A stretch of 64,000 nucleotides of DNA, taken from the NCBI GenBank assembly GCA_964270895.1, contig OZ185436.1; one strand, given 5' to 3'. Positions 50,116-64,000 of this stretch are shown here, in pieces. The stretch is from Podarcis filfolensis. Lineage: Eukaryota. Below the pieces are notes generated by a model. It saw only the letters and a list, made by a program, of their open reading frames with translations. It searched no databases and was not told the origin of the DNA. Position 1 is the first letter of the stretch. Every line of letters begins with the position of its first letter. Made by a program: the position numbers and the translations under genes.

Positions 50116-53100
50116 TGTAAGTTCCAGCAAGGCTGCAAGACAGGAAGGGCTATATTTTTGCAAGGCACTAAGGGAAGTTCACCAACTTGCTTGCAAGAAG
50201 ATATTTTTAACACTTTTGTTAACACAACTTAAAAACGTTAATTTTAGCTCTCTAAACCTCAAACACTGCCTTTTCTTAAGCCAATGCAATTTTCCTGCTA
50301 CTACTCTGGTGCCCCCTACTGGCTACTTCATAATGCATATTTGGGAGGTGAGGTGAACTGGAGCAGCTGTCCCATATGGGCCATTGAATATTCTTTATTT
50401 GGAAGATGAAAGCACTTGGAACTTAACACAGCTGTGTACAGTGTGTAGGTGACAATGAATTTACTGAGTGGGCTTCGACTTTGATTGCATCAGTCCCTCA
50501 GGTGTCCCAATAGCAGAATCACTATCGCTTTTGTGTCTGCAAAAGAAAGCGGGGGTGGGGGAGGCAAATAATCGACTGACTTTTGTCTTATTAAATTTAA
50601 AACAGCTGCCTACTAGCCCTGCCCATCTGCCTCCACATTTACTACATGGAGCAACGGGGCCCTCTGCCTTTGTGTGTCCTGTGCTCACAGATCAATGATG
50701 ACATACCTCTGTCTTTTGTAAAAACTGAGTAAGAGGCTTCTTGGATCATCATTTTGAAGAGGAAGAGAAGTCTCAAGCCTCTGCTAAGGTCAATCAATGC
50801 CAGCCCACATCTCTAGGCCTCTATTTCTACAGCCAGGATAGTTTGCTCCAGGCAAAAAATTGTCTTTTTCTCTAAAACTGCTCAGTTACACATTTCGCCA
50901 GCAGGCTGTTCAAAACATGATCCAGTTAATTAAAAAGAAAAAAAAATTTGAAGGAAATAGGAACAAAGTTCAGTGTCACTTATTCTGAACAAAGTGAGGT
51001 CCTCTCTTTACTGCTCTCCTTCCGGGCAGACAAGGGCTATACAAATGAGGAAAGGCTCTACACAATTGTCCTTTTCCTCTCTCTTCACTGTTTTGTTGCT
51101 AAACCCATCCATCTGCCAAATGTCACTTGCTGATAAGAACTGCCCAGTTTAAAATCCCCCGGTTGTAAATAGATGTTGGCTGACATAATTAATGTCTAGC
51201 CCACAACCCAATTTGAATTACAAAGTCAAGGCAATTTGAAAATCAGCCTCTGCGTGATTACCGTTGGTACATACACAGGCAGTCTATAAATTCCATAGCC
51301 TCAGGAATTATTTAAATTTTCAGAAAATGAATGAAAATCAGGACAAGATGTCTTTCAGGAAAACAGAAGGTAAAAGTGGGGCATCTGAGATAAACTAAAT
51401 AGTCTCTTGAGATAAACATTCTTGGGAGCAGTAATACCAATGGCTCCAGGCCACTGTGGGTCTCTAACATCTGTTACATTTGCGAGGCTGTTATCTGCTC
51501 TGCCACCACCGCCTACCCAGAGTAAATCCCCTTAACTGATAAAGCACATTATGGCAGAGATCCCCGCTTGTCACTTCAAGCAAACTGGGTGGCTCAGAAT
51601 TGGATGTGCTTTCATGGCACCGGGTTGCTATGTTCTGCAGTCTCCTGAGTACACTTCAGATGCTGGGAGCTAGCCACCACTCCTGAAAGGATACCAGACC
51701 CTATTGCTTTCATAAGGAAATGTGGTGATGCCAAGACTGAGTCCCAGGCTGTACAACACACAGTATGAAATTCCCCATTACAATATTTAAACTTCTTCTT
51801 CTTTTAAAAAGGGCATATTATTAATATTCCTCTTTTTGGCCGTGTTACTAAACACAATCCATGATCTCCTGCCAGCAAGAGAGAAGTTTGATCTGGGTCT
51901 TACTGCTTCTGTAAAAATGAGACTGCTTTGTTCTTTTGGCATTTTCCACCAGCCTCCCATTTCCTGTCATGATAATGTTCTTCCTCCTTGAAACAGGGGA
52001 AAAAAAGATACTGGAGATGGGGTTCCCTTTCAAGGAGGGAAATTCTCTGTACCCGCCTTGGCAAGTGCATGCGTTCACCTTGCTGAGAGATGCTGGTCCC
52101 AGCCCATGAACCTGATTAAATTTAACACTTGTGCAATTTCTGCTACCACAGTTGATGATAAAATTGACTCTGAGCGTTGTCAGTTTAAACCTGGCCAATT
52201 TTAGCCAACCAATGCTCACAGAGAAAGGTTCATATTTTGATCCTGAACTGTTCCCTAGGAAAAAGTTATATGATGTGGCAAGCAATACTGGAACTGATCA
52301 AGTAAACATACAGTCTGCTTGAGCAACGGCGGCAGCATTGGCTAGATGCCCTCTCCTCCCCACCTCCCTGGAGAAGCAGGAGACAGTTTTGATAGTAAAA
52401 TGAAGGAAGGATGAAGAAGTGATTCACCTTGCATGACTGGCTTTAGCATAATAACCAGAAAAGACTGCTTGCTTGAGAAGAAGCTCCCTAATAAAAAGTA
52501 AAACATGGCAAGCACTATGGGCAGCCTTAAAATTTCTTTCTCCCCGGCTTTATGTTCCTTATCGCTGCTCAGTAGGGTAGGCTCTTTCCCCTTCTTTTTA
52601 ACAAGGTGCAAATGTATTCCCACGCTTCTACCTAAAGCCAGGTTGCTTCAGCTAGTTAATTAGGAAACATTAATGGGTTCCAGAGATGTGGCTTACATGA
52701 TTTAGAAGCAGATGGCATACTCTGCTTGTCCATACCAAAAAGCATTCCTAACATCTATATGAAACTATCAACCAACTGCAGGCATGAGCCTTTAATCAAA
52801 GAAATAGTTTCTGTGCATGGATACCTCCCCTCGCCCTCCTGCAAATAAGCCTATGGTTGAGCGTTTTGAGTGGGAAGGGGCAGAGAAGATCCAATGCTTA
52901 GTTATTATGAGAGAACGTGGGCTAAAAAGCTTCTTCTGAGATTGGCCACTATTACCTATTCCAGTGCTCCCCCCCCGGGGGTACTCAAGGGTATGCAGTA
53001 CAGGGACCTCTCCCTCCTTCCAAATATTAAAAGTGTGGCACTTACTGTAATAACTTCATGAGCATTGCCATAACTACTCAGAGTTATGTATATAAATAGC

Positions 53101-54666
53101 ATGTATAATTGGCCTAGATTCAACTAACAAGTCCTGCTTGCGGAAGCCAACATTTGGTCTAGTTTCTGACACTTGGAGAGAGACAGATAGGGTTGGGCAT
53201 TTTCCATATCAAGAAACAAAATAAAATTCAGATTCTGCATTAGGGAATAATCCAAATTCCATTGTCAGAGTTATCTGTGTATATTACCAACACGGCATGT
53301 ATTTGCTTAGCAAGGTATCTGTACCTTTTAACAGTGAGATTTTAAAGGAATTTGGGTTTGGTTTTAGTGAGATGCAGAACAGAGGGGAAGACAGAGAGGC
53401 AACAGAAGCCACAGGACTTGTAATTGCAGCCAGAAACACAGTGCAGATAAGTGAACATGACAACTGTACAGCAGAAGCCCTGCTTTGGTTGTTGAACATT
53501 CACTAGTCATGTCACAAAGGACACACAGCTTCTAATATGAGTTAATCATTTGAATTAAACTTCTTTGTCTCCTTCACTGCAGAAAGGCTAGAGTTTGTTG
53601 AATGGTCACTTTAAAATGTGAAGGTTCATTATTGCTTCACAAGTTGTGTATGTCTTTAAGGGCCAGGGCAAATAACGAGACCCAGTCTTACAGCTGTGAA
53701 ACATAGCAGGTGCTGCTGAGTTGTGTTAATCAAGTTGTGTCAGCAATTGGGTATAGTATATAAGCGGCTGCACCTAGCTCTCTCATGACCCTGGGGGATG
53801 GGTTGGTGGTTGGGTCTGGTTTGTTGTTGATGTATTTAGTGTATAAGGAGTTTTTGTTTTTGTTATTAAAACCTTGTTTAAGTTATTTTTGAGTCCCTTT
53901 TTAATACATGGTCTCCCCAGCAAGCTCTCTGCAGCACTACTAAACTGCAAATAGCCAACAGAGTTATGACCTTCTTGCATTTTCATCTTGATTTTCTCTA
54001 CCATGTCCCCCTCGTTCATAACTGAATCTGTTCACATTGTCTCTCCTTTCTACTACTCTCATCTCTTGTGCCTAGAACAACAAATGCTTTGCAATGCTAA
54101 GAAGAATACAACATGCCCCCCAAAAAGCTGGTCATCTCAGGAAGCTTCATTAAGACTGACCCTGCATTTTCAAGTCTCTGTAGCCTTTGCTTCAAAAGCA
54201 GCAAAATCAATGAAGGGAGAAGGCCCACTGAGCTAACACAACATTTCTCTGATCTTGTTGCATGAATCTGAGATCCTATCGTGACACACACTGCAAAGAG
54301 AATCACAAGAGCACTGCAAAACTGAAGGTTATGTTTGATCTTCAAACTAGGAGGAGTCACATAATCCTGGTTGACTTTTGGCTGACTCGGTGATGAATAG
54401 TTCCTGTAGAAACACAGAGCATGTGAGCACAGAAGAGGGAGAGAAGGATAAAGGCTTGCACTTACATATGCCTGAGGGCCAAACTGCACACAACACTAAA
54501 TGCATCACTTGGAAGCATGGCAAGTTTTTTTAACTAAAAAAAATTAGTAACAGGTGCAGGGGAGAGACCCGCAGCTTCAATCCTTCCATCCCAAGTTGTG
54601 ATCTAAACAAAGTTTGTCCGTTTGCAGTGTTATTAGTATGAGGGCTAGTACTAGCTCACTTTTGGA

Positions 54667-54708
54667 CCAATGGAAAGCTCGAAAGCAGGACAATTGTTCC
54701 CTAGCAAC
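54667..54708. promoter_or_regulatory. Candidate enhancer motif cluster (CCAAT, SOX palindrome, RFX) in COX10 intron 6
   Basis: CCAAT 54667-54671, ACAATTGT 54690-54697, GTTCCCTAGCAAC 54696-54708. Confidence 0.3.
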
Positions 54709-56200
54709 TGCTATTCAGGGGCCACTAAGACCAACTTAGCAGCTCCCTTTAATCATTATCCTTTCACATGATTACAACCAAGAGAGAGGAGAGCAGGGCT
54801 GCACTCTGTGGCCCTGCCCTGTGTCCTAAAGATCTGAGGGCTCCTTGAATGGTTTAAAATCCTGTGCCTACTTGCACAGAACCAGGCTCTCCATATTTCA
54901 GACCTTTAAGCCCTAGTCTTCAGCAGCTGAAGAGGGAAAGTGGTAAGGAGAATTAAGGATGTTTTGCTCCGATGTAAGTCACTTCATGCTGACTTACACT
55001 GAACTGCGTTTGTCATTTTATTGCTAATTCACCCAGTTAAGAAAGATCATTTTGGAACTCTTTGAAATTCTTATTTGTTTTTACCACTTGGCCACCTCAC
55101 TGCTCAGCTCTAATGCAAGTTTAATTATGAGCAAGTTAAAAAGTACTGGTTCTAATAGAACACACTTTTCTTATCCCTCCACTGTGAGAACAGTCAATTT
55201 ATTCCTACTCTCTGCCATTGTTTTGATCCTAAGTGCTAGTAGCCTGGCTCCTTTTTGGTTCAAGAGGAACCTGTCCCTTTTGTATACGCTTGGCTTATTA
55301 CAAAACCTTCTCCAGTGCCTAAGAAATCAAAAGCTGTCCTTTGACACTGCAATCTTAGGCATGCATTGAAATGCCTCAGCTTTGCCTGTCTACCTGGCAC
55401 TGCAAATAGAACAGGTAGAATTCTGGAGGAAGGAATTCTGGAAGTTCTGAATTTCACTTCTTGCTTACCCACCTAAAGTTTGCTTCCAATACTGCACAAC
55501 TACATTTCCCCATTTCACTGGTGCTGACCTGCACCATGACTGTCATCTTCACTCTGACAGTATCTACCAATCTAACTAGATGAAATGTGACTTCCACAAC
55601 CTTCACACAGGTAGGCAAGTCATTATGCAGTTTGCACACCCCTGTTGGCCTATGACCGTAATAAACTGATTGAAGTCTTACTGACTGCAGTCTACACACT
55701 TGTCACAAACCCATCTCTCTGTGTTTCTAAGGCTTGACTTACTCACTGCTACAAGCCCCCCCCCCAGGTCATACCTTCTAAAGGTTTGCTACCTTGTTCT
55801 GTAGACTGCCCCCCCCCCAAGATCCTATTTTTTGTGATAGCAGAGAAGCTGCCACTCTGCAATCCCATTCTTGAAGGCTTTGCCCATAAATATCACTGGA
55901 TCTGAGATTCAAAGAACTGAATGGGTCCCGAACCTAAGATAGTCTTGGGTTTTTTTACTGCAAAATGCCAGGTCAGTGGAAGAGACAGTCATGCAGTACA
56001 CAGTGAAATATGCAGATCTTAGATAATGTGAATGATACTAGTGGGCATTGGTTAAAAAGACATCTCTCTATTGGGAATGAAGTCATATGTGAAACAAGTA
56101 CTCATTCCCACAGTATAGTAACTTTCAATTGGCCCTAAGAGGAAGACACTCAATTCTCTTCCTCCTCATGGTCCCAGTTCCCTTCCAGAGTAATTCTCAC

Positions 56201-56433
56201 CTGCATCCAGACTGCCAGTTGCTGCTGTCCAACCCATAATTGGGGGAGTAGCACCAACCACAGCTCCTACCCATGTATTGACAATGCTAATTCTTTTCAA
56301 CGGTGTGTAACAGCATGTGTACAGGATGATGTTGAAGGCTCCCAGGGCTGCAGTAAGAGGATTTACTCCGAAGGTGAGCAGAGCTATTCCTGGAACAGCA
56401 CAGGAGGCAGCGAAAGACACAGCAAGCAAAGGG
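56201..56433 (-). CDS. COX10: Heme O synthase exon 6 (233 bp)
   Basis: Acceptor TTTTTTTTTACAG|C (phase 2) and donor G|GTGAGA (phase 1), in frame with exon 7. Translation [77 protein letters not shown]. Length equals human exon 6 as I recall it. Confidence 0.97.
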
Positions 56434-58708
56434 CTGTAAAAAAAAAGAAACAAACAAGAAAATGTAAAAATATGTTAGTGAAAGGATCTGAGGGCAGATT
56501 TTTATTGCTGTTACCTTTTTATCCAATGCTTTCCCGATAATGCTTTTTTATTAAGAAATCTTAAATCGGGCAACAGTGATAACCACAGAATAAATGTACA
56601 TTTAGCAAACACCTACTAGAGCATAACTTCTTCACTGATGTACAGAGAACAATCAGCAAATTTGACCAGCAGGCAAAACAGGTCAGGTACAGTCCAATGC
56701 AGACTGGTCTTGACTTAGCTTTTGTCTTCTCGCTCCTGCCAGTGGGCGTTGAGGGAATTTGAGGAAGCTATATAGGCAGCAGAGCTTCCCTTCCTGGGAA
56801 TTTAGGCAGGTGTGTATGCAAGTTGCCATTAGGCATGTTAAAGCTAAACATTCACCTAGAGACACACACACACAACTATTACATTGTTTATAGCATAGTG
56901 AAAGAAACATGCCTACATATTATCCAAGCTTTAATTACACAATGTAATACTTTCAACAGAAATTTGTGTTCAAAATTTATTGCCCCGATTTAGCAGAATT
57001 TATCGGAATCCTAGAAGCTTAAACTATGGGTTTCACTAAAGTTCCAGATCTGGCTACGTCAACTCTTGACAGTGGGGAAGAAACTATTTTTAATAAAGCA
57101 TCTAAATGTTTGGTGTAGATTTTTATAGCCCCACACAGACCAGTCACCTCATAGTGTTTTATACACAATTGCAAAATAAGCCTAAGCATGGATATGCACG
57201 GATCGTGTTAGAATGCTGAGAAGGAATAAATGTCTGCCTTCAATTTAACTTTTAATTAAATGGACCAGGCCAACAATTTGATAAGCTGGAACATGATTTT
57301 ACCAGCTTTACAAACCCAATTGTGGATTTTGCCGATTTAATTTAGTGGAATGCAATGTTTATCAGATTTTTCTCACAAGCTTCTGAGCCAAGAAAAAATG
57401 TTCTTTTGAATACATGCAGCTTTCAGTGAACCCATTCAAGCACTAATCTTGTAACACTTGGGCCTATATTTACACAACAACATTAGTTAACAAGTGACAG
57501 AGTTTTGTCATGTGAATCTAGCACCCTGGAAATGGAGGCAAGCTCATCACTTGGCTCAAGTATCTGTGTAAAGATAGCTGAATGGACTGATGATGAAGTT
57601 CAGAGGGAAGGGAAGAGAAAAAGACAGGAATTTTGTTACCACTTCAGATGAGCTATAAAGGATGCTGTACTTTGAACACTGTTGAAACGGAAAATATCAA
57701 AAACAGGACATTGAAACATTTTTTAAAAGCATGTTCCTCAATTGTTCAGTGACACTTCTGAAACATTTTTTTAAAAAAAGCAGACGATAACAGTAAGTTC
57801 CCCCCTTTTTCATAAAGTGGATTAATGTGATCTAGAGTTAGGAGTGAGTAGCCATGTCTGATGATACCAAATTGTCCACGGTGCTTAAAACAAAAAGGGA
57901 TTGTGATGAGCTCCAAAAGAATCTCTCCAAACTAAGCGAACATGAAAGAATTAAAATCCAAATGGAAAATCTTGTCTTGTGAATGCAGAACTTGCTTTAA
58001 AAAATATGAATTATATTTTTTATATTTATTTACGCTCTGGACATGCCTTTCTTAGGTTTGCACCACTTCATGTGGCATAAAAATAAGTCAAGTGTCAACT
58101 CTTTGAGGAGCTGGCAGAACACTCTGTGAAAGCCAATATTATAGGGCTTGAGAGATTTTTATGGAAAAACACAACTACTTGCCTGTAATAGGGCTGGCTG
58201 TTATTTACCAATTTTCCATATTACTAAATTGACCCCAGTAGATGTAATGTGCAAATATCCTTTGCTATTGCAATAGGTGATGTACAGCTAAAGGCCTAAT
58301 ATTAAAAGCCATGTTCATGCTAGGGAGATGTAAAACTTGAAGCACTTTCTACATGGACTAGATGTTTGCATCTGGAATTTGGAAAAGCTTCTTTCATCCA
58401 GGAAACAATATTCTGCAGTCTTGACTCTGCAATATTTAATTCCAGAAGGGGAGACTTTTTTTCACAATGTGCAATAGAAAAACAGGGGCACGTTTCCCCC
58501 ACCCGCCCTTGGAAATTCAATGCAGTCACACTCTGAAGAGTACCTGTGTGACAGTGACAGATCCCATGGGAGACAATATGTTCCATTTCCCTTAGTGTAA
58601 CATCTGCTCTGTTGACAAGTCATAAGCAGATTTTTTTTCCTGTTTGCAGACATAGCCTGGGACCTGATGATCCAGCTGGTGTGTTTTATCCATTTCTAAA
58701 ATCACTAG

Positions 58709-58710
<2 letters not shown>

Positions 58711-58740
<30 letters not shown>
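58711..58740. repeat. (GT)15 microsatellite
   Basis: Seen directly. Confidence 0.95.
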
Positions 58741-58744
<4 letters not shown>

Positions 58745-61390
58745 ATGGGTGTAAACGGGAGTTAGGAGAGAACTTTGATGAGGTATGAACAGGATATACG
58801 TGGTGTGCTTGATGTACCACCCTGTAAGGCAAAAGGCTGTCAAAGCCAGCTCATATTCACAAAACAAGTAAATTCCACGAAAATTTGCACAGCTGCCTTG
58901 TCTTTGGCAGTGCTCTGAACCACCACCTCAAGAGTGCCCAAGGGCACACAACCAGCTTCTGCTGAAGACAGAGAATATTGTTACTTTACAGAACAGGTTA
59001 TTTCACTTGCTTTTCACAGTTACCAAGCCAGGGACCTTCATAAGCTACATACAGATGATCCAGAGTGCAGCATATGCCACCCTACATTTTTTAAACTGCA
59101 CTTCAAGAAAGGAAGCACAGAGAAACAGCTGCACATTTTAGAACATAGAACATACCCAAAGCCATAGCAGTATCCAGTGTGTCTACCTTGAGAGCTGCTG
59201 TCTGCTGCCTGCATAGTGGACAACAAAGAGGCACTATTCCAGAAATCAAATTATGAACATATGCCACTCGTCTATTCGGGCTGGCAGTGGATCTTTGAGG
59301 TCTCGGGTAAAGGTCTTTCCCAGCCCTGCTCATTCAGCTCCTATTCAACATGGGAACCATTTTCTTAGGCCTCTGCTTCTGCACAGCCAGTTTAGTTTAA
59401 AAAGATGCTGCCTATTATTATTACTATTATTTAAATCACCATCACATTATGGCAGGAAGGAGAAGCAACCTGTGTCAAGGAAGCCCATGACCTTTGCATA
59501 GCTAAGAGCCACTGTCTGTGTATTATTTGGTACACCATGTAATCTTAAGGAATATGCAACATGCTTCTCCCTTGGCTCGGCAAGGATTACATCTCGCAGG
59601 CAGTGGGAGTGACTAAAAGCTTACTGGGGAAAGATACGCCTGAATGGAGCGAATAATCAGAGAGCTTTTTCCGTCCAAAGCTCACTGACATTTGTCTCTA
59701 ATAGCGTTTGGCTGGGGGAGAGCCCCTCTAACCTCATGCCATCAACAGGGACTGCAGGACAGTGAAATAAAAAGGCTGCTTTCCTGCTCATTTAGATCAA
59801 GCTGCCACTGACACAGCAGGGCTTCCCAAAAATTGTCTGTCAGTCTGGGAAAGAACCATTCAACGATAGCTTTGGTGGCATTCATATGGAACTCTACTCA
59901 TCCTGGGCAGTGGACAGCAGTCAGTATTACAAAACCAAACCAAAACCACAGAGGCTTTTTTTGGCACCTAATTCATGTGAGACTATAATATAAATCCTTT
60001 GAATCAAGGGCTTTTGTTACAATGAACTGGTTAAACTGCGTTTATATTTTATTGTTTTGAGACAGCTAAATACTGTCTTCCAGTGCTGAATAGCAACATG
60101 ATCATGGACTTATTTCTGAATTTATCCAGGTCCATCACAATGTATCGCTCAGCTGCTCTCACTGTGCCATGAAAGAAAGAAAAAAATCGATCTATAGGAA
60201 CTGGCAGACAACACAGTTGGTGAAAACAGGCTTCCGCTGTTCTTTACAAACATAATTAAGAAATGAATTGGAGGTTGAGCTACAGATTGGACATCCATAA
60301 ATTAAGCCTAAAAACAGGCATTGATTAACTTCTCAGTGCTTATTACACTTTCTCTGCTGCATAAATGGAGATGTAAGCATGCATGCACGCACACGGTCGT
60401 TGAACTCTTAAGTGCATTCAAGGAAATGCTTGTGCAATTCAACCTTCCAATATTATGGAATTTTGATTATTATTTTATTATAATAAATAATGGAATCTCA
60501 CTAATGGGTACATGTATACCTCCATCTGAACAGGAGTGACAACACCAGCAGCATAAGGGGCCCATTTGTGAGAGACAAAATGCCAGAGCTTTGTGCTTGA
60601 GCACTGCTATTTCATTTGGCAGCACAGCCCTGAGCCTCCAAATGGAAGAAATGGTATGTTGAATCAAGCACCGTACATAGAAACTTGGTTGCACACCACT
60701 TTGTTCCAAAACAGACTCTTAATTGTCGACATGTTCAAGGCAGCTTATCTAAAACTGAAGAAAACTCAAAATGAAGGATAACACTTTCAGAAAATCAGGC
60801 ACTCTGCCTCACCTTGGGAGAACTGATAGCAACAACATCACAAATGTCTCCTCAGAAGAATGCTGCAATGAGTTTGATGGGACTTACACCCAGGTAAGTG
60901 CGGAAAGGATCGCAAGATAAAATGTCCAGGAAGCCATAATTGCGTAGGCTTCAGGTAACTACACAGATCACCCAAACTCTAATATGTGGCAGCAGACGGT
61001 GCCTTAAGGATGATTTCCCCCCATCATGCTAACAAATGACCGTATAAATATTTTATTTTATCTAACATGGTCTTAGCTCATTTTTCCAGTTCCCACGGCA
61101 GCTTCTATAAAAGAATTTAAAAAAAAAAAACTAAAAAGAGAGAGCATAAGGGTAAAACAACAGTAAAAAACTAACAAAAACCTGTTCTTTATCTAGACTC
61201 CTACCTAACAGGCAAGACAACAACCCTGAGACTGTATTCATATTCTATAGTGCTCCATGGCATACACTTTAACACATGCATTGAGACAGCTATCCGCAAT
61301 GAGACAAAATAGGCATCAACCAGGCAAATGCCCCTAACCAGCTGGCAATGCTAGTCTATACATTTGCATTTAATCAGCCTTCCTTCCTTC

Positions 61391-61634
61391 CAGTGGTACA
61401 TCGTGTTGCGAGCCGTCCCCCTTACGAATTCTTTAGGTTACGTGCTCCGCTAACCCGGAAGTAGATGTCCCTTGTTGTCAACTTTGCCTTGGGATGCGAG
61501 CGGAAATTGCGCTCTGGCGGTGCGGCAGCAGCAGGAGGCACCATTAGGGAAAGAGTACCTCATGTTACGAGCGGTTTTTGGTTACAAACGGACCTCTGGA
61601 ATGGATTAAGTTCGCACCCGGAGGTACCACTGTA
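61391..61634. mobile_element. Complete Tc1/mariner-type MITE, a divergent relative of the 1-210 and 31401 copies, in opposite orientation
   Basis: TIRs CAGTGGTACATC / GAGGTACCACTG; right flank TA, left flank TC. Shares GCAGCAGCAGGAGGCACCATTAG and ACGGACCTCTGGAATG.ATTAAG with the reverse complement of the 31401 copy. Confidence 0.8.
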
Positions 61635-64000
61635 CTTTTCAGTTGCAGGTACACCAGCAATAAAACACTTTTCTCCCCCAAAGCTATAGTTTCATTGTTG
61701 CTGCTGACAATGGGAACAATTTTAAATTAACTTTGCTTTCATTATGTTCTGCACCAACAGGTAAGTGGGAGCATAACAGTAAATGTGAGATGGATGCTCC
61801 CCAAGACAAGAATTTCATCTGCGTACAACACTGTCAAAACAGTTTATTGTAATAAAAAGAGTCATTGTGAGCACGTTTTTTAAGATGTCAACACTGCACT
61901 GATTAGGAAAGGCAGAATCACCAAACAAGTTGTTGTGAAGACAGAACATGAATGAAAGATAGAAGCCTTAATGATGCTGGAAAGGTTTTCAATTTGATGA
62001 TTCATTTGAACAATGTATTCACATATTGGTTTCTGAGGCAGAAGTGTTAGGCATATAACCTTCAATTAGTTATAAATGCAAACAGACTTCACAAGCCTAT
62101 TTTTCCCCTTGTCAACATTGTCTCATATAATGCTGTTCAGACTTGAAAGGCTGGGTCCCTCCTACAGTTTCGGCTACATTCACGTAAGCAAAGCTAAACC
62201 ACATTAAGTACATCTGTAGGGGATGTTTGGGCATAATTACCACACCACTGTACTGTTCACACTTGCAGAGCGGTGTTGTGGACAAGTTTTGAAAGCTCCA
62301 AGATCTTTAGAAACAACTTTTCCCAAGGTACCATCGTGACCTCTACTGAAAGCAAAGACCTGCATCTTTGCAGTGCTCTCAATGCATTCAGTATGCAGTT
62401 GCTCTAGAGCTCTAGACACCTTCTCCACAGCAGGTTCATGGATGGTGAAACTTCAGTAATTTCTACAGATGACTGATGCCTTTACTTTTAGAAGTCATAT
62501 AGTTATCATATTATTTCAGATGTATGTATGTTTCAGTACTTGAACCTAAAGGCATTTGTGAGAGAAAAGCATGTCCGTTTCCATGGGGTTTCCCTCCCTT
62601 ATTTCCACTTCTTACCACACTCAGCATCACTCTGGAGGGTCTTCTAATTCTCAACAACATTTTTAAAGTCCCCCCCCCAGGGGTCTACACTGAGAAGGGG
62701 GAGATGAGAAAGCCCTGAACTATGAGCAGATGTTCACCCACACATCCAACTCCAGAATTTTATTATCTAAACTTTTTTTATAAGTCACCAGTCCTCATGA
62801 CCAAGGAAGGCTATTTAAAGACCTAAAGCAAATATACAATGACCACTAATTTTCAAAAATTATGACTTTTATGATTTTGCACAATTACAGTTAGTAACAT
62901 CAGGGTCTTTGCCACCTAAGCCATATAGAACACTCGCCTACAGTACAAGGAAACACTTCCTGAAGTAACAGAATTGTTCAAATTTCAGAGGGAGATAGGC
63001 ATCCACAAGGAGGTGGAATGGACTGAGAGGAGAACCTTACCAGTCTCAACCTTTGGTAGAAATCAATATAGGAGTACTTTTGGATATGCTAGGGTAATCT
63101 TTCCCATATCAAAATGCAACAAGGGCAGTACCCTGTCACTCATTAATTTACAACACAAATGGCTCTTGTGCATTGCCTGGTACTGATTATCCCACCAAGT
63201 GCATACAACTCTTTGTGCCAGTACCACCTGTGGATGCACTACTGTGGTGTATCACAAGTCTGCCATCACAAGTTCCCAGCATGCATGAATCTAACACACC
63301 TGAACCTACTGTCTTGAGAAATACTGTATCACCTATGTGGTTGGAAGGTCATCTCTGGTGCTGCTGAGTGGGGAAAATGTTTCCCTGAACTGCAGAGTTT
63401 CATGGTTAGAGTTACATTTTAAGGTCCAGTGTGTTTTTCCTGCTTTTCCTCCATGGTTTTCAGATAGGAAATGTTTATATTTGAAATACTGAAACACTTG
63501 CAGATTTTGTGGGGCCTGAAGTACATCTGTATTCTTTATTTTCATTTATATTTTGGTGTATCTGAAGTTGCTCTCTCCCCTTTACATAGAGACTGTACTG
63601 TGATATATGCAAAGTCACATTAGTTTATGCTGGGTGCAGGGTGGGGTTTGTGTAAAGTTAAAACTTTTGACGGAGAAGGCTTCCCCTTTATTTATTTTCA
63701 GCTTTGTGGTGGCAGTGTGAACATGTGTGCACAATGGGGAAAAAATAAAATAAAGCAAAATCCACTTGAGTAAATGTGCTTTGAAAAGACATACAGAGTA
63801 TCTGCAAACCAATACAAACAACATAATCAGTACAACAAACTGATAATACAATACTTATGCCAAGAACCAGGAAGAAGCAACCAAACACGAGAGAAAAGTA
63901 TGGGCAGATCTTAACTCTGAGCAAAAGAATGAGTCATGAACTACAGGTGGAGCAACACTAACCATGACATGGTTCAAACCTAGCCATCGTCATCTTTACT

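Noticed and set aside
56434-64000. Search for COX10 exon 5 ([23 protein letters not shown])
   Set aside because: No match seen; intron 5 extends past the window end.

Overview
Vertebrate genomic DNA, most likely from a squamate and probably a lacertid lizard (inferred from Sauria-type SINEs and other lizard-typical repeats). Two protein-coding genes are partly present, both on the minus strand in the same order as at human 17p12. The first is COX10 (heme O synthase), represented by its last two coding exons: exon 6 at 56433-56201 (233 bp) and exon 7 at 43976-43570. The second lies about 21 kb downstream: the promoter and first coding exon of HS3ST3B1 (heparan sulfate 3-O-sulfotransferase 3B1), ATG at 22710 and splice donor after 22130. 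HS3ST3B1 exon 2 and COX10 exons 1-5 are outside the window. The rest is intron and intergenic DNA with SINEs, LINE remnants (CR1, L2, L1), hAT and Tc1/mariner-type MITEs, microsatellites and one 323-N assembly gap. I see no rRNA, true tRNA gene or CRISPR array. Nearly all other ORFs in the supplied track look spurious, and many start at TTG/GTG/CTG. I found no clearly new multi-gene system. The best leads are: (1) an out-of-frame uORF with a stronger Kozak context that overlaps the HS3ST3B1 start codon; (2) a roughly 11-kb CpG-retaining domain around that promoter; (3) a MITE-L1 chimera with an intact L1 reading frame; (4) a diverged ~145-bp direct duplication near the COX10 3' end. Repeat family names and human comparisons come from my recall of consensus sequences, not from database searches.
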